Below are positions 18,293 through 26,007 of a stretch of 26,007 bases of DNA, piece by piece (the stretch's first letter is position 1; each line of letters begins with the position of its first letter). Below the pieces are notes generated by a model. It ran no database searches, had not been told where the DNA came from, and saw only the letters and a program-made list of their open reading frames with translations. Made by a program: the position numbers and the translations under genes. Where the stretch lies: the IMG/VR virus record IMGVR_UViG_3300048629_000014, positions 1 through 26,007 of that record. One strand, written 5' to 3'. The DNA is from a virus (taxonomy: Duplodnaviria; Caudoviricetes).

Positions 18293-19465
18293 TTAAACTT
18301 TAGGTAAAGGTTTTGCTACCTCTACAGTTAATTCTATTTGACTTAATGGTTCATTTGTGCTTGACCTATAAGGTATAATATCAGCTTGAATAAATGCTCT
18401 TTGTATATCCGAAGAACCTGTCATAAGTATGAAAAACTCTGTGGCTAAAGCATAATCAGCAACAGCATTCATACGGTCTTTATCCATGTAATCTGTTTTA
18501 GCTTGAAACTTCATACGTGGTTTAATATTCCACTTACGTTTAGTTCCATCGTATTCCTCTAGTTCTTGGCTATCCCTAGTAATACCTGCTGTGTTCTTCA
18601 TAGTAAATGGTATTGTTGCCCACATAAAACTTGTATCTAGAAACAACAAATCAAATGAGAAATCATAATCCATATTACATTCAAAGTTTACAGTAAGATT
18701 AGTAGTCATTAAAGTTACAGTACTACCACTTACAGTAGCAGTTTCTACTATCTCTAAAGTTTTGTGAGTAAGACCTTCTGCTATGTTACCAATAACTAAC
18801 TCTAAATAGTTATTCTCAATATCATACATAGGTTTGCTATAGAATATCTCGTGCGTAGAACCATCAGCATAGTGATCTATAAAGTTTACTGTAACCTGTT
18901 GGTTAGTATGACCGCTATGTTTTACTACTTGGTAATACAAACTCTTCAAAGAATTTTGTTGCCAAGACATAGTTTTATTCACAATCTTATCAGGATTACT
19001 TGGGTCAGTAGGTTCAAATATTACAGAACCTTCTCCAAGTTTAGGTGTCATGTGTCCATATTTGTAAGCTTCTCTACTTACTCCACGAACAGCTACAAAA
19101 GAAACATCGCTTGCAGGGTCATACACTTTCAAACCCCAAACACCAAACTCATCTTTCGAAATAGTGTAAGGTCTTAATGTAACATGGGCAAAACCATCAT
19201 CTACAATTAGTACTTCTTTAACAAAAGTTACTCTAGGTGTAGGTTTAGAAATAGAGCGTAATATTACTTTTCCTATACCAACTTCGTAATCAACATCAGC
19301 TTCGTAAGCATCAGCCTCAGCATCTGCTCTATAAACTCCATCTATTACAATCTCAACTCCTACTTTAGTTCTATACGCAATAGTTGAGGTACTTAGAGTA
19401 ATATCTAATCCATAACTTATTGGTACAGCTTTTGTTGGGTCTATATTTATCAGGTTAACATTCAT
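18293..19465 (-). CDS. Putative tail structural protein (distal tail-like)
   Basis: 390 aa, beta-rich, upstream of the tail tip gene. C-terminal LLFLD...WATIPF...TDYM pattern. Confidence 0.55.
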   Translation of the reverse strand: MNVNLINIDPTKAVPISYGLDITLSTSTIAYRTKVGVEIVIDGVYRADAEADAYEADVDYEVGIGKVILRSISKPTPRVTFVKEVLIVDDGFAHVTLRPYTISKDEFGVWGLKVYDPASDVSFVAVRGVSREAYKYGHMTPKLGEGSVIFEPTDPSNPDKIVNKTMSWQQNSLKSLYYQVVKHSGHTNQQVTVNFIDHYADGSTHEIFYSKPMYDIENNYLELVIGNIAEGLTHKTLEIVETATVSGSTVTLMTTNLTVNFECNMDYDFSFDLLFLDTSFMWATIPFTMKNTAGITRDSQELEEYDGTKRKWNIKPRMKFQAKTDYMDKDRMNAVADYALATEFFILMTGSSDIQRAFIQADIIPYRSSTNEPLSQIELTVEVAKPLPKV

Positions 19466-19467
19466 GA

Positions 19468-19887
19468 TTACTCGTTTATAAATTTATCACAATTAGCTTC
19501 TCTACCTACTTGAACTTCTACCTCAACTTGATAACCTTCTGTTTGGTCCTCTTGATACAAACCTGTTGGTTCGTAGGTATGTTCATTATCGTATCTACTT
19601 ACATAAAGGTTTTTGTTTTCCATAACCAAATCACGTATAATCTCTAGCGTAGAACTCTGAATTGATAATCTATCACTTAAATTAGATTTTACTTTATCCG
19701 TTACAGTAAGCGTAAGCTTTACTTTAAAGTCTGAGGCATCTACCAAAGATAGATATGCTCTAGGATATTGCTTTCCTGATTTACTTACACTATAAGCAGT
19801 TTGGTCTCCATAACCTGAACTGTTTACATCTACGTGTTGAATGTATCTCTTTAGTAAATCATCTACTACTTCTTCAAATGTTTTCAT
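19468..19887 (-). CDS. Putative tail terminator/completion protein
   Basis: 139 aa with GYGD...YPRAYL motif; size and position fit. Confidence 0.55.
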   Translation of the reverse strand: MKTFEEVVDDLLKRYIQHVDVNSSGYGDQTAYSVSKSGKQYPRAYLSLVDASDFKVKLTLTVTDKVKSNLSDRLSIQSSTLEIIRDLVMENKNLYVSRYDNEHTYEPTGLYQEDQTEGYQVEVEVQVGREANCDKFINE

Positions 19888-19888
19888 A

Positions 19889-20341
19889 TTAAGAAAATTT
19901 AGCGTTTTTTAAATTCTTTTTCATCCAAGCTATTTCGTTTTGTTCTACAAGAGCAGCATACATACTTTCGAAAATACGTTGTATCTCCTTATCATTGTGT
20001 ATCTTTTCTATGTAGTTCTTGGCATTAAATCCCTCTTTTTGTATTGACTTAGCAATAGCAAATTGAACACCTTTGTCAGAAGTGTACTTACTAAAACTAC
20101 TAGGTGGTGGCATCTTGTTACCATACTTGTACGGAGAACCAGGAACTTTCCTCTTTGTTCCCGAAACACCTTTGTCTTGGTATTGGAAATATTTATCTAC
20201 AGTAACAATTACAACATCGGTATCTTTCTTAAACTTAGCCGAGAACGAGAAATCACCTTTGGTAATCTTCTTCATCCTTTCCTCTAGTAAGAAAAGATGT
20301 GTGTTTACTATCACCGTATAGTCTGTATCTATAATTCCCAT
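19889..20341 (-). CDS. Putative tail completion/neck protein (HK97 gp10-like)
   Basis: YFQYQDKGVSG...KMPP...FAIAKSIQKEG motif. Confidence 0.6.
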   Translation of the reverse strand: MGIIDTDYTVIVNTHLFLLEERMKKITKGDFSFSAKFKKDTDVVIVTVDKYFQYQDKGVSGTKRKVPGSPYKYGNKMPPPSSFSKYTSDKGVQFAIAKSIQKEGFNAKNYIEKIHNDKEIQRIFESMYAALVEQNEIAWMKKNLKNAKFS

Positions 20342-21149
20342 TACTTTGTTTTGTTAAAGTTTACTGCTTCATCATAACTTAGTCTATTCTTATAAACTGC
20401 ATAAGCAAAAGCTTCACTTATTGGTGAAAGTAGAGCTTCTGTTCTTTTCATAAAATCACCACCTGTAAGCATATACACGAAAGCGAGCCATCCTAGCTCT
20501 CCTGTCTCATTGCTTGGTACTATCTTTGTAGTCTTAGGAATTTTCAACAAACTATTGTTGTATTCCTCTGTTATTTCATGATGGCTCGTAATGTAAAATT
20601 TACAACTGCTCTGACTACAACGTATGACATCTTATCTAGGAAAATCTTTTCCCTGAGTTCTAGGCTAGTGTCTGACTCTGTACTATAAGGTTTAGTGTTG
20701 TACAAAATATTGTTTTGTTTTGTTACTTCTCTGTAAAGTACTGCCATTATCTTTTCAATGTTATTCTCTACATCAGATAACAAATCTACTAAATCAATAT
20801 AAGCTCCTGTCTCAATAGTTTTGAAATTTGGTTCTAAGCCATACTTTATACCATCTATTTCAATAATCCTATAATCCTCAATGTTAATCTTTTCCTTTGG
20901 TAAATCTGTGAACAATGGAATTACCACGTTAGCAACTTTGTTGAAAACTTCTATCGGAAAAGCTCTTACTTCCTCAATATTAATCTTGTTAAAGTGTGCT
21001 ATTAATTGAGCTGTTCTCTCTAAATCGCTGAGGTTTTCCACCTTCATCAACTTGTTGAAAACTTTAACATCGTTAATTGTTAATTCTTTTATAGAATTAG
21101 GAATAGTTAAAGTAAGCTCTTCTACATTTATTTCTTTTTCTTTCTCCAT
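20341..21149 (-). CDS. Tail assembly chaperone, long -1 frameshift form (about 269 aa)
   Basis: Slippery A-AAT-TTT at 20601-20595. The -1 frame is open (YITSHHEITEEYNNSLLKIPK...) and runs into the 20341-20550 ORF, which lacks an ATG start. Confidence 0.65.
20571..21149 (-). CDS. Tail assembly chaperone, short form
   Basis: 192 aa with IPNSIKELTI, YGLEPNF..I..GAYIDL and IMAVLYR motifs; ends just after a slippery heptamer. Confidence 0.65.
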   Translation of the reverse strand: MEKEKEINVEELTLTIPNSIKELTINDVKVFNKLMKVENLSDLERTAQLIAHFNKINIEEVRAFPIEVFNKVANVVIPLFTDLPKEKINIEDYRIIEIDGIKYGLEPNFKTIETGAYIDLVDLLSDVENNIEKIMAVLYREVTKQNNILYNTKPYSTESDTSLELREKIFLDKMSYVVVRAVVNFTLRAIMK

Positions 21150-21164
21150 ATTATTATAAAGGTT

Positions 21165-22375
21165 TTAGATAAATGAATATTTACCTACGTTTCTTTTTAG
21201 TTTATCTCTACAAGCATAAATCACACTATCGGTGTAGTGGTCGTTACCATCCTGTAGCTTATCAATACTTTCTCCATTCTTTGTAAGCCATTCTAAATCT
21301 TCAAACTCTCTTACCAAATTTGGATCATCATAGTACACATTAATAACGTAATCATTCATACTATGTACTGCTTCTTCTTTATGTCCAGGGTATTTCTTTA
21401 TGCCGAGAACTGTACACTTTGACATACCATCTAACTCTTCAATCAAACGTGGTGCCGAACTATCAGCAATAATTACTTGTCGTTGAGGTACTGCTTGGTA
21501 CATATCAGCTATTTGTTGAGTACTTAATCCTGAACCATAACCATAACCTCTAATCCAAAGCTCACCATTATAAAACTTAACATTCGATAGTGTAGTAGGG
21601 TCAGTAAATCCGTAGTCAGAACCCCAAGAACTCCACTTCTCGTTTGAAGGCCAAGTATTAACAATGTTGAATTTAGGAAAGGCTGCAAGTTCTGCGTTTG
21701 CCATGTACCTACCCTCAAGATATACTGCTCTAAACCTTGCATTCTTACTTCCTCTGTACTCTATCTCTTCAATAAGTTCATCAGGTAAGTTCTCAAGATT
21801 GTCTTTATAAGTAGAATGAATATACTTTGTTTTAGGATTCTCTAGTAATTCAGTAATCCATTGCTTTCTACGTGTAGGATTTTGTGTAATGATAATACTA
21901 CCACTTAGTAGTCGCATTCCTACTTGGCGGAGAACACCATCAGCTTCAGGACTTAGATTAAGCTCATCAAATAAAGCATAGTCTGCCTCTATTCCTGTGA
22001 ATTTATCTTCTGCATTGTGTTCACCATGACTCATGAAATAAACTACACTACCATTTGGATAAGTAAGTGTAGCTTCCTGCTTATTGAAACTGTCTTTATT
22101 CCAATAACTACCAGCTATTTGTTTATAAGGTTTGATTAAGTTCTTTTTGGTAATAGGAACTGTTAAACCTGCCACAATAAATACTAAAGGGTTCTCACTT
22201 TTCACAGCTTTTAAATGAAATAGCTGTAAAGCAGAGTACGTCTTTGAACTTCGAGTACCAGTCAACCCCCTGTGCTAAATAAGTATCTAAAGCCTGAGTT
22301 CATCGCTTGGATGTACTTTTCGCCTACAATACCTATCTTTAGCACAGGGGTAGTATTTGTATTTACGTTATTCAT
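21165..22375 (-). CDS. terL: Terminase large subunit (PBSX-like), interrupted by an 8-nt insert in Walker A; about 400 aa if joined
   Basis: Segment 1, 22375-22265, reads MNNVN...RYLFSTGG then TGA. Segment 2, from 22256, reads TRSSKTY... with Walker B YALFDE, NP motif, HSTYKDN, nuclease GSDYGFTDPT and DHYTDSVIYA. Confidence 0.85.
22267..22350. repeat. Perfect 13-bp inverted repeat in the terL 5' segment
   Basis: CCCCTGTGCTAAA (22267-22279) and TTTAGCACAGGGG (22338-22350), 58-nt spacer. Confidence 0.9.
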
Positions 22376-22908
22376 AATCTTCTTCCTTTGTTGTCTGTTC
22401 TAAGTATATGCTTCAATGTATTTACATTTATACCAAATCTATCTGCTACATCTGCTCTACCATAGTTTACTCCTTTGAGCTTTTTCTGAGTGGCAACGTA
22501 TCTTCTAACTTCTTTTACAAAATCATCAGAATATTTACCCATACCATTGTTCAAACCTTTTTGAGGTTTAGCCTTGCCGTAAATATACCCTCTTCTTACG
22601 TTTTCAGAGTGAGGTATATACCAAAGATTATCTAAATTATTGTTTAACGAATTTCCATCTTTATGGTCTATATCGTAATTACTTCCTGGTCGTTCTCCTT
22701 TAAAAGTTAAAACTTCAATTACGTGAACAGAAACTGTTTTATACTCTCCTTCATCACTTTTCAACATTGTTTTATAATAACCACCTGTGACAGCAGGTTT
22801 TAATACTTTAACCCTTCCTGTTCTTTTGTAATTAAGACTTCTAATTCTTCCAAGATTGCTAACTTCATAGCCTGTGAATCCTGGTATCACTTTCCATATT
22901 TCTTCCAT
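22372..22908 (-). CDS. NUMOD4-HNH homing endonuclease
   Basis: EEIWKVIPGFTGYEVSNLGRIRS (NUMOD4), IDHKDGNSLNNNLDNL..IPHSEN (HNH), C-terminal HTH-like segment. Its stop overlaps the terL ATG (ATGA). Confidence 0.9.
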   Translation of the reverse strand: MEEIWKVIPGFTGYEVSNLGRIRSLNYKRTGRVKVLKPAVTGGYYKTMLKSDEGEYKTVSVHVIEVLTFKGERPGSNYDIDHKDGNSLNNNLDNLWYIPHSENVRRGYIYGKAKPQKGLNNGMGKYSDDFVKEVRRYVATQKKLKGVNYGRADVADRFGINVNTLKHILRTDNKGRRL

Positions 22909-22911
22909 AAC

Positions 22912-23259
22912 TTATTCATCTAAAAATTTATCTAAATCTTTCTTGGCATCTTTGTTTTGTACTACAACTTTTAAGTTATCACCATTAATGTTTATAGTAC
23001 CTTGGTTTAGGTTCTTGGTAAATGACAAATACTTTAAAGCCGTGTCAACATCATCCATGTTATTTTCTACAGTTTCTATAGCTTTATCTCGTAAAGCAAT
23101 TCGTGCTTCTTCAACTACACCTCGTAGGTCAAACTCACGTATATACTTATAGATTGTTTCTCTACTTGCACCATAAGCTTTCACTACTTTACTTATATTA
23201 CCTCCTGCATTGTATATATTTTCTGTGAGGTCCTTCTTTGTTATATTTAATTTCTCCAT
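22912..23259 (-). CDS. Putative terminase small subunit
   Basis: 115 aa with N-terminal HTH (GNISKVVKAYGASRETIYKY) and a helical oligomerisation region; upstream of terL. Confidence 0.7.
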   Translation of the reverse strand: MEKLNITKKDLTENIYNAGGNISKVVKAYGASRETIYKYIREFDLRGVVEEARIALRDKAIETVENNMDDVDTALKYLSFTKNLNQGTININGDNLKVVVQNKDAKKDLDKFLDE

Positions 23260-23297
23260 AATATGTTTTCCTCCTTTCTGTACTATTATAAAGGTTT

Positions 23298-23328
23298 AAA
23301 GCAAACCCCAACTTATGCTGAGGTTTGC
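23298..23328 (-). terminator. Probable intrinsic terminator or hairpin
   Basis: Minus strand GCAAACCTCAGC-ATAA-GTTGGGGTTTGC (12 bp including G-U pairs), then a short TTT. Confidence 0.55.
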
Positions 23329-23337
23329 CACAATAAA

Positions 23338-23826
23338 CTACACACGTATTTTACTAAAACCTCTGAACTTGTCAGAGTTCTTCTCGAAAGTGTCAGCACA
23401 AACAAATATTACTTTGTACTTACCTTCAAGATGTACTGCCTTATCTCCTGTTCTCAGCAAAGTAATTAGATTCTTTCTACTAGCCAATTTGAATAGTAAT
23501 CTCAAATCAATAACTACGCTTCTTCTATCTTTGGAAACTACTACAAGGTTTTGCTTTACTTCCATAGCATAATCAAGTACGCTTTCCATAGTAACTTTAT
23601 CACCAAGTATTACAAAGTTATCAGGTGCTTGTTTAGGCTGAGAACTGGATTCTTGTGTTTCCTGGTTTTCTTCCTCTACCTCTTCCTTTTCAGTTAATTG
23701 CTCTTCAGCCATATCACCAATAGCTTCTTTTGACTTTGCCTCAGCTTCAGCTTTTTTACGTGCTTTAGTAGCTTTGATTTTCTCGTTAATCTTTGCCTGC
23801 TCTTCAGGTGTTCTTTTTGTTGACAT
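23338..23826 (-). CDS. Hypothetical protein with basic N-terminal helix and acidic linker
   Basis: 162-aa ORF with A/T-rich leader. Confidence 0.65.
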   Translation of the reverse strand: MSTKRTPEEQAKINEKIKATKARKKAEAEAKSKEAIGDMAEEQLTEKEEVEEENQETQESSSQPKQAPDNFVILGDKVTMESVLDYAMEVKQNLVVVSKDRRSVVIDLRLLFKLASRKNLITLLRTGDKAVHLEGKYKVIFVCADTFEKNSDKFRGFSKIRV

Positions 23827-23847
23827 AATATTAATATTTATTGTTAC

Positions 23848-24246
23848 TTAATTATAAAGGGTGTAGTCTAGTTCTGCAGTTGTAGCAACATAAACTAAAT
23901 CTACTTCTTTCTTTTTTACCTCTTTTGTTTTCCTATCGTACACACTTTGTCGATATTCTAAAACTGCAAAGGTTACTTGACCTCTCAAAAATTTGATAAT
24001 CTGAGTAGGATTGTAACCTCTTATTTTCATCTGCTTCTTACGTAAAGCAGTACGGAATTTGCCGAGAACTCTCAACATTATTTCACTTTGCAAATCATGT
24101 AAACTTGGTTGGTGACTTAATAACTCAGGATAACCCCAAAGTGTTTGTTCTATAACCTCTTTATAAAACAAAGCTAAAGTATCATCTACCTTACCAAGTT
24201 TCTTAGATTCAACTAATGATGATATGATTTGCTGTGCTGTTAACAT
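23848..24246 (-). CDS. Hypothetical helical protein, possible sigma-region-2-like regulator
   Basis: 132-aa ORF; only a weak by-eye resemblance to gp55-like late sigma factors. Confidence 0.45.
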   Translation of the reverse strand: MLTAQQIISSLVESKKLGKVDDTLALFYKEVIEQTLWGYPELLSHQPSLHDLQSEIMLRVLGKFRTALRKKQMKIRGYNPTQIIKFLRGQVTFAVLEYRQSVYDRKTKEVKKKEVDLVYVATTAELDYTLYN

Positions 24247-24602
24247 TACTTACTTACATTATCGAAAGGTTCAAATTTTGTCCAAACTTTACCTCCTTCA
24301 AAGTCTATTCCCCAAGTAACTATACCAAGGTTAACTCCATAAGTAGTACCCATATCAAGACTAATACCATAAGTATTATCTTTATCTTCAAAACTAACAA
24401 GAGTTATTCTTTGTAATTCTTGTTTAGTAGGTGTTTTTGTACCGAGAACTTCGTAGATAATCTTTCTAATTGTGTTGTCGATAGCTTGTTGCATAACCTT
24501 TACAGTAGTGTCCATCATTTCCTTGTACTCAGAAGTTTCCTTATCGGAGAACTCAATAGGTTTTGCACTGTTTTTAATTACTTTCATCTTTGCCTTTTCC
24601 AT
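24246..24602 (-). CDS. Hypothetical protein
   Basis: 118-aa ORF coupled to the next gene by a TAATG overlap. Confidence 0.65.
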   Translation of the reverse strand: MEKAKMKVIKNSAKPIEFSDKETSEYKEMMDTTVKVMQQAIDNTIRKIIYEVLGTKTPTKQELQRITLVSFEDKDNTYGISLDMGTTYGVNLGIVTWGIDFEGGKVWTKFEPFDNVSK

Positions 24603-24605
24603 ATC

Positions 24606-24950
24606 TTAAAATCCTAATGAATTGTACATTTTGCTTTCCTCGCTCCAAATTTGCATTCTCTCGTTAATCTCAGCATCTGCTTTTGCTCTACGTTTCTTTT
24701 CCTCAACCAACATTTGTTTAATAAGCTTGATGTTCTCGGCAGTAGAAGGAACTTTTGTAAGAGCTTCTTTTTCTGCTTCAAGTTTACTTACCTTGTTCTT
24801 TAACTCGGTAATTTTAGCGTAGAACTTAGCCTCAGTTCTATTGATAGATTTAAGTACATCTTCTGCTGTAACTCCATCTACAAAATCCCAGTGATTTTTA
24901 TAATGTCTGCTTTCTATAATTCTATCTTTAAATAAATCAACTACACTCAT
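24606..24950 (-). CDS. Hypothetical coiled-coil protein
   Basis: 114-aa ORF, heptad-rich. Confidence 0.65.
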   Translation of the reverse strand: MSVVDLFKDRIIESRHYKNHWDFVDGVTAEDVLKSINRTEAKFYAKITELKNKVSKLEAEKEALTKVPSTAENIKLIKQMLVEEKKRRAKADAEINERMQIWSEESKMYNSLGF

Positions 24951-24963
24951 ATTATCATATCGT

Positions 24964-25239
24964 TTAATTTGGTTCTACAAGTATGAAAGTATCTTCTACT
25001 ACATTCTCGCTTTGTTGGATTTTTATACCACGAAATCTAGGGTTTTCTATATTTACAGGACTAGCCATCATAGACATTATGTGGTAAATCATGTAGTTGA
25101 AATCTACAGGATGAAGTACTACCTTGTCAGGATAAATTTTAGAGAAACCTTGTTTATCTCTAGCTCTACAAAAATCCCTTATCCCTATATTCAATCTATC
25201 AATAAGTTTATTGATTCTATGTTTAGTTTCTACATCCAT
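24964..25239 (-). CDS. Hypothetical protein
   Basis: 91-aa ORF, tightly packed with its neighbours. Confidence 0.6.
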   Translation of the reverse strand: MDVETKHRINKLIDRLNIGIRDFCRARDKQGFSKIYPDKVVLHPVDFNYMIYHIMSMMASPVNIENPRFRGIKIQQSENVVEDTFILVEPN

Positions 25240-25242
25240 AAC

Positions 25243-25710
25243 TTATAACTCATCTTTATATTTACCTCCGCCAGTAGGACCAAAACCTTGGTTTAAATCC
25301 TTGCTATCACTATTGAATACTCTAGCATCTTCACCTGTGTTTATACCTTTTGGTAGAGAAGTGTTCTCAGATGTAAGCTGTGGCTCTGTGGTATGGTTTT
25401 TAGTGAACTTATTATACTTAATAATGAACTCTTCTGTTGCTTTAACCAACTTGTCTTTGAATTGTTCTACGCCAGGACTGTGAGACTTCTCCGAGAACAG
25501 AACCAAACCCTCTCTAAAAAACCCTGTACCTACTTGATAATTTACAAGTAGTGTTATTTGGAAATAGTCAGGCTTTTTTGCTACCCAACTTTCATCAGTA
25601 TCAACATCGGTTATTCTTAAAGTTTGTAGTTCAGGTTCTGCTCCTACTGCTAATAAGCTGGTAAGCATATCATCTACCCAAACTACTTTTGTGTTATAAA
25701 ATCTTGACAT
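25243..25710 (-). CDS. Hypothetical protein
   Basis: 155-aa ORF, tightly packed with its neighbours. Confidence 0.65.
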   Translation of the reverse strand: MSRFYNTKVVWVDDMLTSLLAVGAEPELQTLRITDVDTDESWVAKKPDYFQITLLVNYQVGTGFFREGLVLFSEKSHSPGVEQFKDKLVKATEEFIIKYNKFTKNHTTEPQLTSENTSLPKGINTGEDARVFNSDSKDLNQGFGPTGGGKYKDEL

Positions 25711-25731
25711 AACGTTTTACTTTTCCGAGAA

Positions 25732-25965
25732 CTACTTCCCTGTTACTAAATACAATTTGGCACTTGCTCCATCTCTTTTCTTAACTCCAGAAAGTCTTGT
25801 TAAATAATGACCAAGTCTTACGCTCCTACTTCTACTAACAGGTAAACCACAGGCAGTTGTTAACTCTGCTGTGGTAAACCATTTAGCACTAAACTCTTTA
25901 CGCTTTAATACCTTTGTGATTGTATCACCAAACTCAGGTATAAATAAAACCTTGTTATCTTTCAT
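25732..25965 (-). CDS. Small basic protein, possible winged-helix DNA binder
   Basis: 77 aa; WFTTAELTTACGL...VRLGHYLTRL helix-helix-wing pattern. Confidence 0.5.
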   Translation of the reverse strand: MKDNKVLFIPEFGDTITKVLKRKEFSAKWFTTAELTTACGLPVSRSRSVRLGHYLTRLSGVKKRDGASAKLYLVTGK

Positions 25966-26007
25966 AAATATTATTGTTTAATTTCATTACTATATCAAAA
26001 CTAAGTC

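Noticed and set aside
22257-22264. Self-splicing intron in terL
   Set aside because: Eight nucleotides cannot hold a ribozyme core, and no placement satisfies the group I rule of exon-terminal U and intron-terminal G.
21165-22265. ORF-track terL starting at TTG 22265
   Set aside because: It starts inside the Walker A loop and loses the preceding beta strand; the upstream 37-codon ORF supplies the missing N-terminus.
22280-22337. Invertible DNA segment between the 13-bp inverted repeats
   Set aside because: Inversion keeps the frame open but does not remove the TGA. The present orientation already looks like a terminase N-terminus, and no recombinase gene is in the window.
1726-25483. Short plus-strand ORFs (e.g. 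1726, 2211, 5160, 7636, 9031, 18851, 20073, 22874, 25211) and nested minus-strand 21524-21742
   Set aside because: Antisense or out-of-frame shadows of well-supported genes, with atypical composition.
1-26007. Genome-wide stop codon reassignment explaining the terL TGA
   Set aside because: Genes are long and intact in the standard code, TGA ends other genes, and readthrough would not correct the frame change.

Overview
AT-rich (roughly one-third GC by eye) fragment of a tailed phage genome, probably a siphovirus of a Bacteroidota host (TAnnTTTG promoter box, mostly A-rich translation starts). Nearly all genes are on the minus strand. In transcription order: small hypothetical genes, terminase small subunit, NUMOD4-HNH endonuclease, terminase large subunit, tail chaperone pair, tail completion genes, a large FN3-rich tail protein, tape measure, a 620-bp non-coding repeat region, prohead protease, scaffold, major capsid, a second endonuclease, two tail tube paralogues, portal, adaptor with PKD domain, tail fibre/adhesin genes and a lipoprotein. 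A Rha/KilA-C antirepressor-like gene converges from the plus strand. Two observations stand out. (1) The terminase large subunit is split inside its Walker A motif by an 8-nt insert (GGT TGA CT GGT) with matched take-off/landing codons, a 13-bp stem and an adjacent HNH gene. This is a candidate ribosomal-bypass plus homing-endonuclease cassette analogous to T4 mobA/gene 60. (2) The octamer CCGAGAAC occurs 24 times on both strands, against well under one expected. All product calls come from motif recognition by eye, not database searches.
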